DNA of 64,000 nucleotides from Nitrospirota bacterium (GCA_040754455.1 JBFMCP010000014.1:1-64000), one strand, 5' to 3'. Positions 37,060 through 47,807 are shown, numbered from the stretch's first letter. The notes: generated by a model from the sequence alone, not told the origin. Numbers and translations: made by a program.

Positions 37060-37788
37060 ATGTCAGGACTCGAAGAACATGTGGCGGTGATAACCGGAGC
37101 AAGCAGCGGCATCGGGAAAGCGATCGCGCTGCGGCTTGCCTCCCACGGCGCTGCCCTCTGTCTTGTCGGGAGGAACAGAGGGGCGCTTGAGGAGGTTGCA
37201 GGGACCGCGGCTGCTGCCGCATCTCAGGTGAAGTGCGTGACAGTCGATCTTGTGGCAGAGCATGATATTCGGACATTAGGGACAGTTCTGCAGCGGGAGT
37301 ACGGGGAGATTGATATTCTCATCCATAGCGCAGGATATATTTCTATGGGACTGCTTGAGCGGACTCCCGTGGAAGAGCTCGATCGGCACTACAGGATCAA
37401 TGTCCGCGCACCCTATCTCCTTACCCAGTTGGTAGTGCCTCTCATGAGACCGCAGCGGGGCCAGATCGTATTCGTCAATTCCAGCATTGTTCAGCATGCC
37501 AGGGCGGGCACGAGCCAGTATGCCGCTTCAAAGTGTGCGCTCCAGGCGATTGCTGACAGTCTGCGTGCGGAAGTCAATGACCGCGGCATCCGTGTTCTCA
37601 GCGTCTACCCGGGGAGGACGGCGACCCCTATGCAGGCGGCAGTGCATGCGATGGAAGGCAGACCCTATGAGCCCGAACGGTTTATCCAGCCCGAAGATGT
37701 TGCCGCAGTCGTAGCACACGCACTCCTCCTCGAAAGGACCGTCGAAGCTACCGATATCGCAATACGGCCTCTGCGCAAACCTTCGTAA
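37060..37788 (+). CDS. Short-chain dehydrogenase/reductase
   Basis: Motifs VITGASSGIG, IHSAG, YAASK, VYPGRTATPMQ. Confidence 0.9.
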   Translation: MSGLEEHVAVITGASSGIGKAIALRLASHGAALCLVGRNRGALEEVAGTAAAAASQVKCVTVDLVAEHDIRTLGTVLQREYGEIDILIHSAGYISMGLLERTPVEELDRHYRINVRAPYLLTQLVVPLMRPQRGQIVFVNSSIVQHARAGTSQYAASKCALQAIADSLRAEVNDRGIRVLSVYPGRTATPMQAAVHAMEGRPYEPERFIQPEDVAAVVAHALLLERTVEATDIAIRPLRKPS

Positions 37789-37809
37789 CCACAAGCAGGA
37801 AAGGAAAAA

Positions 37810-38688
37810 GTGACAATGTCGAATACAGGAGGCAATACGGGGGTAGTCTCGATACCTACTGCAGGCGAGGCGCCCGTTGTCCGCATCAAACCATCAAGGG
37901 GCTGGGTCGCGCTGCGGCTCGGTGAGCTCTGGGAGTACAGGGAACTGATTTACTTTCTCTCCTGGCGCGAAATAAAGGTCCGCTACAAGCAGACCGTGCT
38001 CGGAGGGGCATGGGCGGTCGTGCAGCCGTTTCTGACGATGGTGGTCTTCAGCGTTGTTTTCGGCAACCTGGTCAAAGTCCCCTCTGACGGCGTCCCCTAT
38101 CCCATTTTCAGCTATGCAGCGCTGGTGCCGTGGACCTTCTTTGCGAGCGGACTAACCCGCGCGTCAAACAGTCTCGTCGGCAACAGCCATCTGATCCGGA
38201 AGGTGTATTTCCCCCGGCTGGCTATTCCCATTTCGGCGGTGCTCTCGGGTGTCGTGGATTTCACGCTGGCCTTTATCATGCTCATCGGCATGATGTTCTA
38301 TTACGGCATGACGCCGACCATCAATATCCTCTGGTTTCCCTTTCTGCTGCTGCTTGCTTTCTCCTCGGCATTGGGCGTTGCGCTCTGGCTCTCTGCGATG
38401 AATGTGCAATTCCGCGATGTGGGATATGCGACGACCTTTCTGGTGCAGCTGTGGTTTTATGCGACTCCCATCGCGTATCCCTCAAGCATGCTCGCAGCGA
38501 AATGGCAGACCCTCTACAGCATCAATCCAATGGTCGGTGTTATCGAAGGGTTCCGCTGGGCGCTGCTCGGAACGCAGGTACCTCTTGGACCGGTGCTCGT
38601 AACCTCTTCATCGGCATCAGTGCTCATATTGGTCACCGGTGTTTATTACTTCCGCCGGTTCGAGAGGACATTTGCTGATGTGGTGTAG
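37810..38688 (+). CDS. Polysaccharide ABC transporter permease (Wzm), copy 1
   Basis: Motifs ELWEYRELIYFL..REIKVRYKQT.LG, KVYFPR, FRDV, YATPIAYP, NPM.GVIEGFR. Confidence 0.92.
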   Translation: MTMSNTGGNTGVVSIPTAGEAPVVRIKPSRGWVALRLGELWEYRELIYFLSWREIKVRYKQTVLGGAWAVVQPFLTMVVFSVVFGNLVKVPSDGVPYPIFSYAALVPWTFFASGLTRASNSLVGNSHLIRKVYFPRLAIPISAVLSGVVDFTLAFIMLIGMMFYYGMTPTINILWFPFLLLLAFSSALGVALWLSAMNVQFRDVGYATTFLVQLWFYATPIAYPSSMLAAKWQTLYSINPMVGVIEGFRWALLGTQVPLGPVLVTSSSASVLILVTGVYYFRRFERTFADVV

Positions 38689-38692
38689 CGTT

Positions 38693-40012
38693 ATGAATAC
38701 AACAGTAATAAGCGTTGAAGGAATCGGCAAGCAGTTCCATATTGGCAAAAAGCAGGAGAGTTACCAGACGCTTTCCGAAACACTTGCTGGCATCTTTGTC
38801 GCACCCCTTCGACGGGCGGGACAGTTGCTGCGGGGCCGGATGAGCGGGGGTGACGGGCTCAATGATACGTTCTGGGCGCTCAGGGACATCACCTTCAATG
38901 TTCAGCGGGGAGAAATCGTCGGCATCATTGGCCGCAACGGTGCAGGCAAGAGCACGCTGCTCAAGATACTTTCACGTATCGTGGAACCAACCGAGGGGTA
39001 TGCCGAGATTCGCGGCAGGGTAGGCTCCCTCCTCGAGGTCGGCACCGGATTCCATCCGCAGCTGACGGGACGGGAGAATATTTTCCTGAACGGGGCGATC
39101 CTGGGCATGCGGCGGTCTGAAATCGAGCGCAAGTTCGATGAGATCGTCGCCTTTGCAGAGGTGGAGAAGTTCATCGACACACCGGTAAAGCACTATTCGA
39201 GCGGCATGTACCTCCGCCTCGCCTTTGCGGTTGCCGCACACCTGGAGCCAGAAATCCTCATTGTCGACGAGGTGCTCGCCGTAGGCGACGAGCGCTTCCA
39301 GAAAAAATGCATCAAGAAGATGCAGGATGTGCGACAGCACGGCCGTACCGTCCTCTTCGTTTCGCATAACATGCGGGCGGTCACCAGCCTCTGCGAGCGG
39401 GTGATCATGCTTGAAGAGGGACGGATCGTTAAGGACGGACTGCCGCACGAGGTCATCGGCGCGTATCTGAATCCAGAAAGCGGGACTCTTGCCGAGCGCG
39501 TCTGGCCTGACCCGAGGAATGCACCGGGAGGGGACATTGCACGCCTGCGCGCGGTACGGGTGAAGAATGAGAGAGGGGAGGTCACTCCGCTCTTCGACAT
39601 ACGCAAGCCGGTTGCCATCGAGATGGAGTATGAAGTGCTTGCGTCGGGCGCTCTTCTGCTGCCCCATTTGAATATCGATAACGAGGAGGGAATAACGGTA
39701 TTTACCACAATAGAAAATGATCCTGACTGGAGAGGCAAGCCCCGTCCTAAAGGAATCTACAGGAGCACTGCCTGGATCCCGGGTAATTTTCTGTCGGAGG
39801 GAAAGCTTTTTGTTGAGGCGTGTGTCCTTACCACCAACCCGCAGACTTCCCAATTCACCGCGCATAATGCGGTTGCATTCCAGGTCGCCGACAGCGGTGG
39901 CGATGATTCGGCCCGCGGCAACTGGATGGGGAGAATGACCGGCGTCGTACGGCCGCTTCTGAAGTGGCAGACCGTCTTCAGCAATAACGGAAGGAAAGCG
40001 GAAGCGCGGTGA
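38693..40012 (+). CDS. Polysaccharide ABC transporter ATP-binding protein (Wzt) with C-terminal carbohydrate-binding-like domain, copy 1
   Basis: Motifs GRNGAGKST, YSSGM, VDEVLAVGD, VSH, then about 170 aa Wzt_C-like extension. Confidence 0.93.
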   Translation: MNTTVISVEGIGKQFHIGKKQESYQTLSETLAGIFVAPLRRAGQLLRGRMSGGDGLNDTFWALRDITFNVQRGEIVGIIGRNGAGKSTLLKILSRIVEPTEGYAEIRGRVGSLLEVGTGFHPQLTGRENIFLNGAILGMRRSEIERKFDEIVAFAEVEKFIDTPVKHYSSGMYLRLAFAVAAHLEPEILIVDEVLAVGDERFQKKCIKKMQDVRQHGRTVLFVSHNMRAVTSLCERVIMLEEGRIVKDGLPHEVIGAYLNPESGTLAERVWPDPRNAPGGDIARLRAVRVKNERGEVTPLFDIRKPVAIEMEYEVLASGALLLPHLNIDNEEGITVFTTIENDPDWRGKPRPKGIYRSTAWIPGNFLSEGKLFVEACVLTTNPQTSQFTAHNAVAFQVADSGGDDSARGNWMGRMTGVVRPLLKWQTVFSNNGRKAEAR

Positions 40013-40025
40013 GGCTCTTGATCAG

Positions 40026-40844
40026 ATGCATACGATAGTAGAGAAATCCGTGATCATCGCCGCACATCCGGATGACGAGGTCCTCTGGTTCAGCTCCATT
40101 GTCGACCGGGTCGACAGGGTTGTGGTGTGTTTTCTGGATTACGAGCCTGAACCTCACTGGGGGCCGGGGAGGCGCCGGAGCCTCCTATCCCATCCGGTGA
40201 GGAACATATCCTCTCTGGGGCTGAAAGAGGCCGGCGTATTTGATACGGCAGATTGGCGGGAGCCGACACTGACCGAGTTCGGCATCGAGATACCGGACAG
40301 GAGCATCTCGAAACGGTACAGCGATAACTATCGCTCCTTGAAACAGCTCCTGAGCGAAAGCGTACGCGCCTGCTGCAATGTGGTTACCCATAATCCATGG
40401 GGAGAGTACGGGCATGAGGAGCATGTCCAGGTCTATCGGGTAGTAAAGGAATTGCAAAGCGAAATGGGGTTCAATCTCTGGTTCTCCAATTACTGCAGCA
40501 ACAGGTCGTTCCGGCTTATGCTCCGGTATGTTTCCGGGTTTGACGCGCCGTATATTACCCTCCGGACGAATAAAGACATTGCGATGCAGGCAAAAGAGCT
40601 TTACAAAGAGAACGGATGCTGGACATGGTTTGATGATTGGGAGTGGTTTAATGAGGAGTCGTTCATGCTGCAGCGGGACCAGGTTGGTGTACTAAGGCCC
40701 CACGGCCGCATCTTCCCGATCAACATGATAAAGTTCAGATATTCGGAAGCGGAGCATCGGAGAGAGCGTCCCGTACTCAGTATCCGCGGCCTGCGCATGC
40801 TGAAAGGAAGGATCAGGAGAAGGATGGCGATGAGGTCAACGTGA
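40026..40844 (+). CDS. PIG-L/LmbE-like metal-dependent deacetylase
   Basis: Motifs AAHPDDEVLW and THNPWGEYGHEEH. Confidence 0.7.
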   Translation: MHTIVEKSVIIAAHPDDEVLWFSSIVDRVDRVVVCFLDYEPEPHWGPGRRRSLLSHPVRNISSLGLKEAGVFDTADWREPTLTEFGIEIPDRSISKRYSDNYRSLKQLLSESVRACCNVVTHNPWGEYGHEEHVQVYRVVKELQSEMGFNLWFSNYCSNRSFRLMLRYVSGFDAPYITLRTNKDIAMQAKELYKENGCWTWFDDWEWFNEESFMLQRDQVGVLRPHGRIFPINMIKFRYSEAEHRRERPVLSIRGLRMLKGRIRRRMAMRST

Positions 40845-42115
40845 AAGGGATCATCAAAGACCTCGCCCGGCGGTTCGGTATCGAGATCAGGCGGTATGCA
40901 CCGGCGCAGTCTCATGACCGGGTCGTGTCCCTTGTGCCGGAGGGAGCGTGCCGGGGCAGCATGCTCCTTTCGTACATCATTGCGCCCTTCTTGCTGAAAG
41001 AGGGCGAGTCCCTTCCCTCATCGCACACCAATTATGGAGAGTCTCTCGAGATCGCCGCAACGTTTCTCGGGATGGGGTATGCGGTCGATGTCATCGACTA
41101 CCGAAACAGGACATTTATCCCCGCAAAGAAATATTCATGTTTCGTTGCAGCACGCACCAACTTTGCACGGATCGCACAACTGCTTAACGGAGACTGTATA
41201 AAGATCGCCCACCTCGATACCGCGCACTGGCTCTTCAACAATTACGCCACCTACCAGCGGGGGCTTGCGCTCCGGGAGCGAAGGGGGGTTGCCGTGGGAG
41301 GCATGAGAACCGTTGAGTTCAATCTCGCGATCGAGCACGCCGACTGCGCTACCGTGCTCGGCAATGGATTTACCCTGGGCACCTATGCCTACGCAGGGAA
41401 GCCTCTTTACCGGATGTATGTGCCGGCAGCTGCGCTGTATCCATGGTCTGAAACAAAACGGCATGATGAGTGCCGGAACAGCTTCCTCTGGCTCGGGAGC
41501 GGCGGGCTCGTCCACAAGGGACTCGACCTGGTGCTCGAGGCGTTTTCAGAGATGCCCGATCACCACCTCTATGTATGCGGTCCCGTCAAGGATGAGCGGT
41601 ATTTCGAACAGGCCTTTTTCAAGGAGCTCTATTGTACGCCGAACATCCACACTCTGGGGTGGGTCGATATTGCGAGTGCGGAGTTCGCGGCGGTCCTGGA
41701 GCGGTGTATCGGGATCGTCTATCCCTCCTGCTCCGAGGGGCAGGCGGGAAGCGTCGTGAATTGCATGCAAGCGGGCCTTATTCCGATCGTCAGCTATGAA
41801 TCGGGAATTGATGTCGGTGACTTCGGTGTCATGCTACGGGAGTGTTCTGTCGCTGCCGTCAAGGAGGCGGTACAAGAGATCTCTCATCACCCTGCTGCAT
41901 CGCTCGGAGAGCGGTCGCGCAGGACATGGGAGTATGCCCGGCGGCATCATACGAGAGAACAGTTTTCCGAACATTATCGCGCCACCATACGCCGTATTAT
42001 GGAGCAGCACGGGTCCAGCAGGACACCGCGGAAGGAGACTTCAACTGCGTCGGCGATGCCGAAACGACGATCGGTGGTGACGGTGCCGACAAGCGGGCGG
42101 ATGTCATATGAATAA
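40841..42115 (+). CDS. Glycosyltransferase, GT-B (GT4-like)
   Basis: Motifs [11 protein letters not shown] and [23 protein letters not shown]. Confidence 0.8.
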   Translation: MKGIIKDLARRFGIEIRRYAPAQSHDRVVSLVPEGACRGSMLLSYIIAPFLLKEGESLPSSHTNYGESLEIAATFLGMGYAVDVIDYRNRTFIPAKKYSCFVAARTNFARIAQLLNGDCIKIAHLDTAHWLFNNYATYQRGLALRERRGVAVGGMRTVEFNLAIEHADCATVLGNGFTLGTYAYAGKPLYRMYVPAAALYPWSETKRHDECRNSFLWLGSGGLVHKGLDLVLEAFSEMPDHHLYVCGPVKDERYFEQAFFKELYCTPNIHTLGWVDIASAEFAAVLERCIGIVYPSCSEGQAGSVVNCMQAGLIPIVSYESGIDVGDFGVMLRECSVAAVKEAVQEISHHPAASLGERSRRTWEYARRHHTREQFSEHYRATIRRIMEQHGSSRTPRKETSTASAMPKRRSVVTVPTSGRMSYE

Positions 42116-43043
42116 GCGCATACTGGTGACGGGCGGGGCAGGGTTCCTCGGCTCCCACCTCTGTGAACGACTGCTCAACGAAGGGCACGAGGTGTTGTGC
42201 GTCGACAATTTCTACACCGGCCGGAGATCGAATATTGCGCATCTGATGGGGCATCCCTGTTTCGAAGTGATGCGGCATGACATCTGCTTCCCTCTTTATG
42301 TGGAAGTCGATGAAATCTACAATCTCGCCTGCCCGGCCTCGCCCCTCCATTATCAATTTGACCCTGTGCAGACCACCAAGACATCGGTGCACGGGAGCAT
42401 CAACATGCTCGGACTTGCGAAACGGGTGAAGGCCAAAATACTGCAGGCTTCAACCAGCGAGGTGTACGGTGACCCGAAGATCCATCCCCAGTGCGAGACC
42501 TATTGGGGGAATGTGAACCCCAATGGACTCAGGTCATGCTATGACGAAGGGAAACGGTGTGCTGAAACGCTTTTCTTCGATTACCACCGCCAGCACAAAC
42601 TCACGATAAAGGTGGCACGGATCTTCAACACCTACGGTCCGCGGATGCATCCCCATGACGGACGTGTGGTGAGCAACTTTATCGTACAGGCGCTGCGGGG
42701 AGAGGACATCACCGTGTACGGCGACGGCAGCCAGACACGGAGCTTCTGTTATGTGGATGATCTCGTCGATGGATTAATCAGGCTTATGAACAGTCCCGAC
42801 GATTTCACCGGACCGGTAAACCTCGGCAATCCTTCCGAATTTTCGATCCTCGAACTCGCCGATAAGGTCATAGAGCTTACCGGCTCTTCCTCAAAAATAA
42901 CGTTCAAAGCGCTTCCCCAGGACGACCCTCTGCAGCGCAGGCCCGATATTTCTCTTGCTTCGAGCGTGCTGCAGTGGAAGCCGGTGGTCTCCCTGGAAGA
43001 AGGGCTGAAGAGAACGGTAGAGTATTTCAGAAAAATAACTTGA
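42108..43043 (+). CDS. UDP-glucuronic acid decarboxylase (UDP-xylose synthase)
   Basis: Motifs [54 protein letters not shown]. Confidence 0.93.
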   Translation: MNKRILVTGGAGFLGSHLCERLLNEGHEVLCVDNFYTGRRSNIAHLMGHPCFEVMRHDICFPLYVEVDEIYNLACPASPLHYQFDPVQTTKTSVHGSINMLGLAKRVKAKILQASTSEVYGDPKIHPQCETYWGNVNPNGLRSCYDEGKRCAETLFFDYHRQHKLTIKVARIFNTYGPRMHPHDGRVVSNFIVQALRGEDITVYGDGSQTRSFCYVDDLVDGLIRLMNSPDDFTGPVNLGNPSEFSILELADKVIELTGSSSKITFKALPQDDPLQRRPDISLASSVLQWKPVVSLEEGLKRTVEYFRKIT

Positions 43044-43057
43044 AGGAGACAAAGAAC

Positions 43058-45772
43058 GTGAGTAAACGCCGATGCTTCACTTACACGATCGCACTTGCCT
43101 TATTGGGTGCATTTTTTGCAACAGGCTCTGTGCTCTCCCTTGCAAAGGAAGTTGTCGTCGATAACAGCAGTGCCGGGACTTCATCAACCGGGGCATGGCT
43201 GGTGTCGGGAGGGCCTAATCCTTACGGTGCCAATTCGCTCTACGGCAACAACGGGGCGACGTACACGTGGCATGCAGCGCTGCCCGAGAGCGGAACCTAC
43301 GATGTGTATATGTGGTGGACCTATTACAACAACCGTTCCGCGAATGCTCCGGTAACGATCGGCTACAGCGGGGGATCACAGGTAATCCGTGTCAATCAGC
43401 TGATCAACGGAGGGCAATGGAACAAGCTGGGGTCTTTTCGTTTTGACGCGGCAGAAGGCGGCACTATCACTCTTACTGCCGAAGGGGCCGCTCCGACGAC
43501 CTACAGCGCCGATGCGGTGAGGTTTGTGTCCGTGCCTGCTCCAAATGCGGGCGACGCGGTTGTTGATAACGGTGGTGCCGGGACTTCTTCAACCGGGACG
43601 TGGCTGGTATCGGGAGGACTCACCCCTTACGGGACGAATTCTCTGTATGCCAACGGCAGCAGCACGAGCGCCCCCACCTACACATGGAAGGCCGCCCTGC
43701 CACAGTCGGGGACCTATGATGTCTACATGTGGTGGACCTACTACAGCAATCGTTCTGCGAACGCTCCAGTGGATATTATCCACGGCAACGGCAGTACGAG
43801 GGTATGGGTGAACCAGCTTGATCAGACGAAAGCAGGCATGTGGAACAAACTGGGGACCTTTGTGTTCGATGCGACCCTTGGGGGTACGGTCAAACTGACG
43901 GCGAACACTGCGGGCTTTACCTATAGCGCCGATGCAGTGAGGTTCGTCTACGTGGCTACCCCGTCGAACGCGGTACCTGCGGCATCGATCGACTCGATTA
44001 CGCCGAGCCCGGCCGCTGTGGGGCAAACAGTGAACTTTACTGGCCATGGCACGGACGGCGATGGAACCATTACCGGATACAGCTGGCGGTCGAGCATCGA
44101 CGGGCAGCTGAGCACTGCCGCCTCGTTCAGCACGGCACGTCTTTCGGAGGGAAGCCATACGATCTACCTCAAGGTGCAGGATAATGCAGGGGCATGGTCC
44201 CCCGAAACGAGCCGGAGCCTGACTGTCAAGCAGGCGGGCGGGGAGGCGCCGACCTTCGGTTTTGTCGATGATTTCATCAGCAACAGCACCGGCGAATACA
44301 CGGTCGCGGTCACCAAAGCAGAGAGCAGTCAAGCGATCGTGCCGCGAGGAGGGTTCACGTATGAGCTGCCGAACCGGAGAGTGAAGGTTTCGGCTGCTGA
44401 AAATACCAGGGTTCTGTTTTCCCATCCTCTTTCATCACAGGTGAACGGCGTTTTTCTTCTCGATTTCCTTCCGACCTATAAGCACCCTACACCCCTCGTG
44501 CCCGGGGGGAGGCTCCTGATAAGACTCAAACAGGATCAGGACAACTATTATGAGCTCTATAGTTCAAATGGAGCGGGAGCTGGGTACCTGAGGAAGATAG
44601 TAAACGGACAACAGGCAGCGTATACCGCTTTCAGGACGGGATATCTGCTCAATACGAAAATATATACGATAAAGATAACCTACGCCGCCGACACGGCAAA
44701 GGTTGAAGCCTTCGATCAGGTGCTTACCATAAGCGCCGGCGGCGTTATCCTGGTGAACAGTTTCGAGGTGGAAGCAGTACAGCAGGATGCCTATATTGAC
44801 AACATTGTCAGCCCCCATACTGCCGATCCGTATGTTTTCATCACCACCCCCCGGAACTATTATCTGAAGAGGGATGCTCCCCTCGTGGTGAAGGGGCTTT
44901 CAGGAAACGTGCAGGCCGGATGGGGAACCCGGTTTGTCCTCGATAGGGGCACTGCCAGCGAGATTATGCTCACCGATATGACCGCGCCGTATGAGGTCTC
45001 GTTCGGTTCCGTTGCCCCCGGCGAACATACGATGGACGCCTTTGTAGTCGATGCTTCAGGGAATGTCGTGCCGGGTAATTTCACGCACGATTCCCAGTCG
45101 GCCATCGGCATCGGCGAGTACATGGTTGCAATAGGAGACAGCATCACGTATGGAGAAGGCGACGATTATGGCCCTGATAACACTTCTAATGACGAACGCA
45201 ACACCGGCGGCGGATACGAGCCGATATTAAACAATCTGTTCACCGGGTACCGTGGATATCCCCATACCGTGGTGAATGAGGGGGCGAGCGGCACCCGCAC
45301 GGTAAACGGTGCGGTCTCCGTGCCGGGCATCATTGCGCAGCATCCGAATGCTGGTTACTATCTCGTCATGTACGGCACGAACGACTCCAGAGTGAAGACG
45401 CCGAGCGGTCTCGGTCTTCGCCCGGGTGATACCGGCTATTACGGCTCGTACAAAGATTTTATGCAGCGCATTATCACCAGCATTAAAAACGCAGGGAAGA
45501 TACCGGTGCTGGCAAAGATACCCCCTGTGCTGGGCGATACTGCGACGGGCGCCCGTTATCCTGATCTCAACAGTGCGGCACGGAATGTTCTGATCAGGGA
45601 CTATAATAAGGTTATTGATGAGTTGGTGGTCGAGAATAGCCTCCCCCTCCGAGGCCCTGACTTCTATCAGTATTTCTCCGGTCATACGGAAGAATACTTC
45701 GACAACTACCACCCCAACGGTAGAGGCTATCAGTCCATGGCGCACCTCTGGTTCAATGCACTGATCACTTAG
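43058..45772 (+). CDS. Secreted multidomain SGNH/GDSL esterase with two golvesin/CBM-like repeats and a PKD-like domain
   Basis: GTG start after GAAGGAG and a signal peptide. Repeats VVDN...YSADAVRFV. PKD-like TVNFTGHGTD.DG.I..YSW. SGNH blocks GDSIT, GTND, DNYHPN. Confidence 0.8.
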   Translation: MSKRRCFTYTIALALLGAFFATGSVLSLAKEVVVDNSSAGTSSTGAWLVSGGPNPYGANSLYGNNGATYTWHAALPESGTYDVYMWWTYYNNRSANAPVTIGYSGGSQVIRVNQLINGGQWNKLGSFRFDAAEGGTITLTAEGAAPTTYSADAVRFVSVPAPNAGDAVVDNGGAGTSSTGTWLVSGGLTPYGTNSLYANGSSTSAPTYTWKAALPQSGTYDVYMWWTYYSNRSANAPVDIIHGNGSTRVWVNQLDQTKAGMWNKLGTFVFDATLGGTVKLTANTAGFTYSADAVRFVYVATPSNAVPAASIDSITPSPAAVGQTVNFTGHGTDGDGTITGYSWRSSIDGQLSTAASFSTARLSEGSHTIYLKVQDNAGAWSPETSRSLTVKQAGGEAPTFGFVDDFISNSTGEYTVAVTKAESSQAIVPRGGFTYELPNRRVKVSAAENTRVLFSHPLSSQVNGVFLLDFLPTYKHPTPLVPGGRLLIRLKQDQDNYYELYSSNGAGAGYLRKIVNGQQAAYTAFRTGYLLNTKIYTIKITYAADTAKVEAFDQVLTISAGGVILVNSFEVEAVQQDAYIDNIVSPHTADPYVFITTPRNYYLKRDAPLVVKGLSGNVQAGWGTRFVLDRGTASEIMLTDMTAPYEVSFGSVAPGEHTMDAFVVDASGNVVPGNFTHDSQSAIGIGEYMVAIGDSITYGEGDDYGPDNTSNDERNTGGGYEPILNNLFTGYRGYPHTVVNEGASGTRTVNGAVSVPGIIAQHPNAGYYLVMYGTNDSRVKTPSGLGLRPGDTGYYGSYKDFMQRIITSIKNAGKIPVLAKIPPVLGDTATGARYPDLNSAARNVLIRDYNKVIDELVVENSLPLRGPDFYQYFSGHTEEYFDNYHPNGRGYQSMAHLWFNALIT
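43151..43948 (+). repeat. Intragenic tandem domain duplication (about 43151-43528 and 43556-43948)
   Basis: Both copies share AGTSSTG.WLVSGG, ALP.SGTYDVYMWWTYY.NRSANAPV, WNKLG and YSADAVRFV. Confidence 0.85.
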
Positions 45773-45807
45773 TACGAACAAACACACACGGTAATCGCGG
45801 TCCTCCT

Positions 45808-46548
45808 ATGATACGCACGAAGCTACAATCCCGATGGATACGGTTCTGGATGCGGTACGCGGGACTATCGTTCGGAGGAAGGGTGGCGACCCGGCTCGCT
45901 GCTTGGTGGGCGCCGCCCCACACCGCACGCTACTACCTCGCACGTCTTAATCCGAAGGGGTACATAGACCCGGACGCGATTATCTATCACCGCAATTGTT
46001 CCATGGGAGCGAACGTTTTTATAGCGGATCGTGTGGTGATCAACCAGGGGAAGGGCGAGGGGAGAGTGGAGCTCGGCGACCGCGTTCACCTTCTCCGCGA
46101 TTCGGTGATCGCCACCGGCATGGGAGGAAGCGTAACAATAGGAGCCGACACGTATGTGCAGCCGCGCTGCCAGATTATGGGGTTCAAGGGGCCGATCACG
46201 ATCGGCTGTGGTGTGCAGATTGCGCCGAATTGCGCCTTCTATTCCTACAATCACGGTTTTGCACCGGATGAGCTCATCAGTAAACAGGAGCTGTACACGA
46301 AGGGCGGCATTGTTATCGGTGATGACGCGTGGCTCGGTGTCGGCGTCATTGTGCTGGACGGGGTCCGCATCGGCAATGGAGCGGTCATCGGTGCCGGCTC
46401 CGTCGTGACGCGAGATGTGCCCGATGGGGCCATTGCCTTCGGCGTGCCCGCACGTGTCGTGAAAATGAGAAGTGAGTTGAAATACAGAGAGGAGAGTCGG
46501 AATGATCAAGAGGACACATGTCTGGATCGAAGGACCGGTGCAGCGTGA
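45808..46548 (+). CDS. Hexapeptide-repeat (left-handed beta-helix) acyltransferase
   Basis: Motif IVIGDDAWLGVGVIVLDGVRIGNGAVIGAGSVVTRDVP...GVPARV. Confidence 0.9.
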   Translation: MIRTKLQSRWIRFWMRYAGLSFGGRVATRLAAWWAPPHTARYYLARLNPKGYIDPDAIIYHRNCSMGANVFIADRVVINQGKGEGRVELGDRVHLLRDSVIATGMGGSVTIGADTYVQPRCQIMGFKGPITIGCGVQIAPNCAFYSYNHGFAPDELISKQELYTKGGIVIGDDAWLGVGVIVLDGVRIGNGAVIGAGSVVTRDVPDGAIAFGVPARVVKMRSELKYREESRNDQEDTCLDRRTGAA

Positions 46549-47728
46549 CGATACTGTCACGGTCCCGATGATCGTCGAGGGGCCGGAGCATAATCGCACC
46601 CGGATATGGTATCAGCTGCCCGCCCGCTATGAGCCCGCACTCACGAAGAGCGGCGATCCTTTTGTACTGGCAATGATCTTTACCGTAATGCGCATACCCT
46701 CGGATCTGCATATCCACGGAGAGGTCTCGCCGTCGCTGCTCAGGAACCTTGAGGAGTTCCAGTCTGCATGGAGGTGCTGGAGACCAGAACGATATACTGC
46801 TGTTGAAATCACGGCCGACGTCGAACGGGAGCGGAGCTCGGCAAGCAGTCCGCAAAAGGCCCTCTCGCTCTTTTCAGGAGGCGTCGATTCGTGTTTTACC
46901 GTCTTCAGCCATCGTACACGCCAGGGTAACGGACGGGGTTATGAGCTGCAGGCAGGCCTTATGGTCCACGGCTTCGACATTTTTCTCGACCAAGGTGATG
47001 CCTTTGCACGCGCTGCTGCACGGGCCAAAAAGATGCTGGACAGCCTCGACGTCGACTTCATTCCGATGGTCACCAATATACGGGATTTGAATGAGCCCTG
47101 GTGGGACTTCCACGGAGCCGCTCCCGCGTCCTGCCTGATGCTGCTCCAGGAGGGCTTTTCGGGCGGCATTATCCCCAGCACCGAACCGTACAACGGGCTG
47201 GTATTGCCGTGGGGATCGAACCCGGTCACCGACTGGATGATGTCGAACGATTCTTTCCAGATTATCCATCACGGAGCATCGCTGACAAGAACCGAGAAGG
47301 TACGGGAGATTGCACAGTGGCCTGAAGCGAAGCAGTATCTGCGCGTCTGCATGATCGGCAAGAAGGACGAGGTAGACCGGAACTGCGGCGTCTGCCAGAA
47401 ATGCGTCAGAACGATATTGAATTTCAGGGTGGTCGGAGCAGGGCTGCCCGGATGCTTTGAGAAGGATGCGACGGATGAGCAGATTGCACGCTTGAGAGTA
47501 ATGGATCCGCTGCAGCTGGCGGAACTGCAGCGCATACTCACGTTTGCGAAATCCGCTTCAGTTTCCGCCCCGTGGGTGGATGCGCTGGAAGTATGCATAC
47601 TGCAGAGCCGTCTCCGTATCGCATCGAAACGGTCGATCAAGCAGCTCCGGAAAATGCTGACCCATGCCGGGGCATTTATAAAATATGCGAGCGGCAGGTA
47701 TAAAGCCACGCAGGCAGCTGCTTATTGA
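46502..47728 (+). CDS. Hypothetical PP-loop (adenine nucleotide alpha-hydrolase-like) protein with QueC-like Cys cluster
   Basis: Motifs LFSGGVDS, TRTEKV, LRVC...NCGVCQKCVRT. Confidence 0.65.
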   Translation: MIKRTHVWIEGPVQRDDTVTVPMIVEGPEHNRTRIWYQLPARYEPALTKSGDPFVLAMIFTVMRIPSDLHIHGEVSPSLLRNLEEFQSAWRCWRPERYTAVEITADVERERSSASSPQKALSLFSGGVDSCFTVFSHRTRQGNGRGYELQAGLMVHGFDIFLDQGDAFARAAARAKKMLDSLDVDFIPMVTNIRDLNEPWWDFHGAAPASCLMLLQEGFSGGIIPSTEPYNGLVLPWGSNPVTDWMMSNDSFQIIHHGASLTRTEKVREIAQWPEAKQYLRVCMIGKKDEVDRNCGVCQKCVRTILNFRVVGAGLPGCFEKDATDEQIARLRVMDPLQLAELQRILTFAKSASVSAPWVDALEVCILQSRLRIASKRSIKQLRKMLTHAGAFIKYASGRYKATQAAAY

Positions 47729-47807
47729 AGAGCAAAATGAGAAAACAGGAATCCTTAATTTTTATTTTTGCTTTTTTATCTTTGCATTTACAGAAGGGTA
47801 CTCGATT

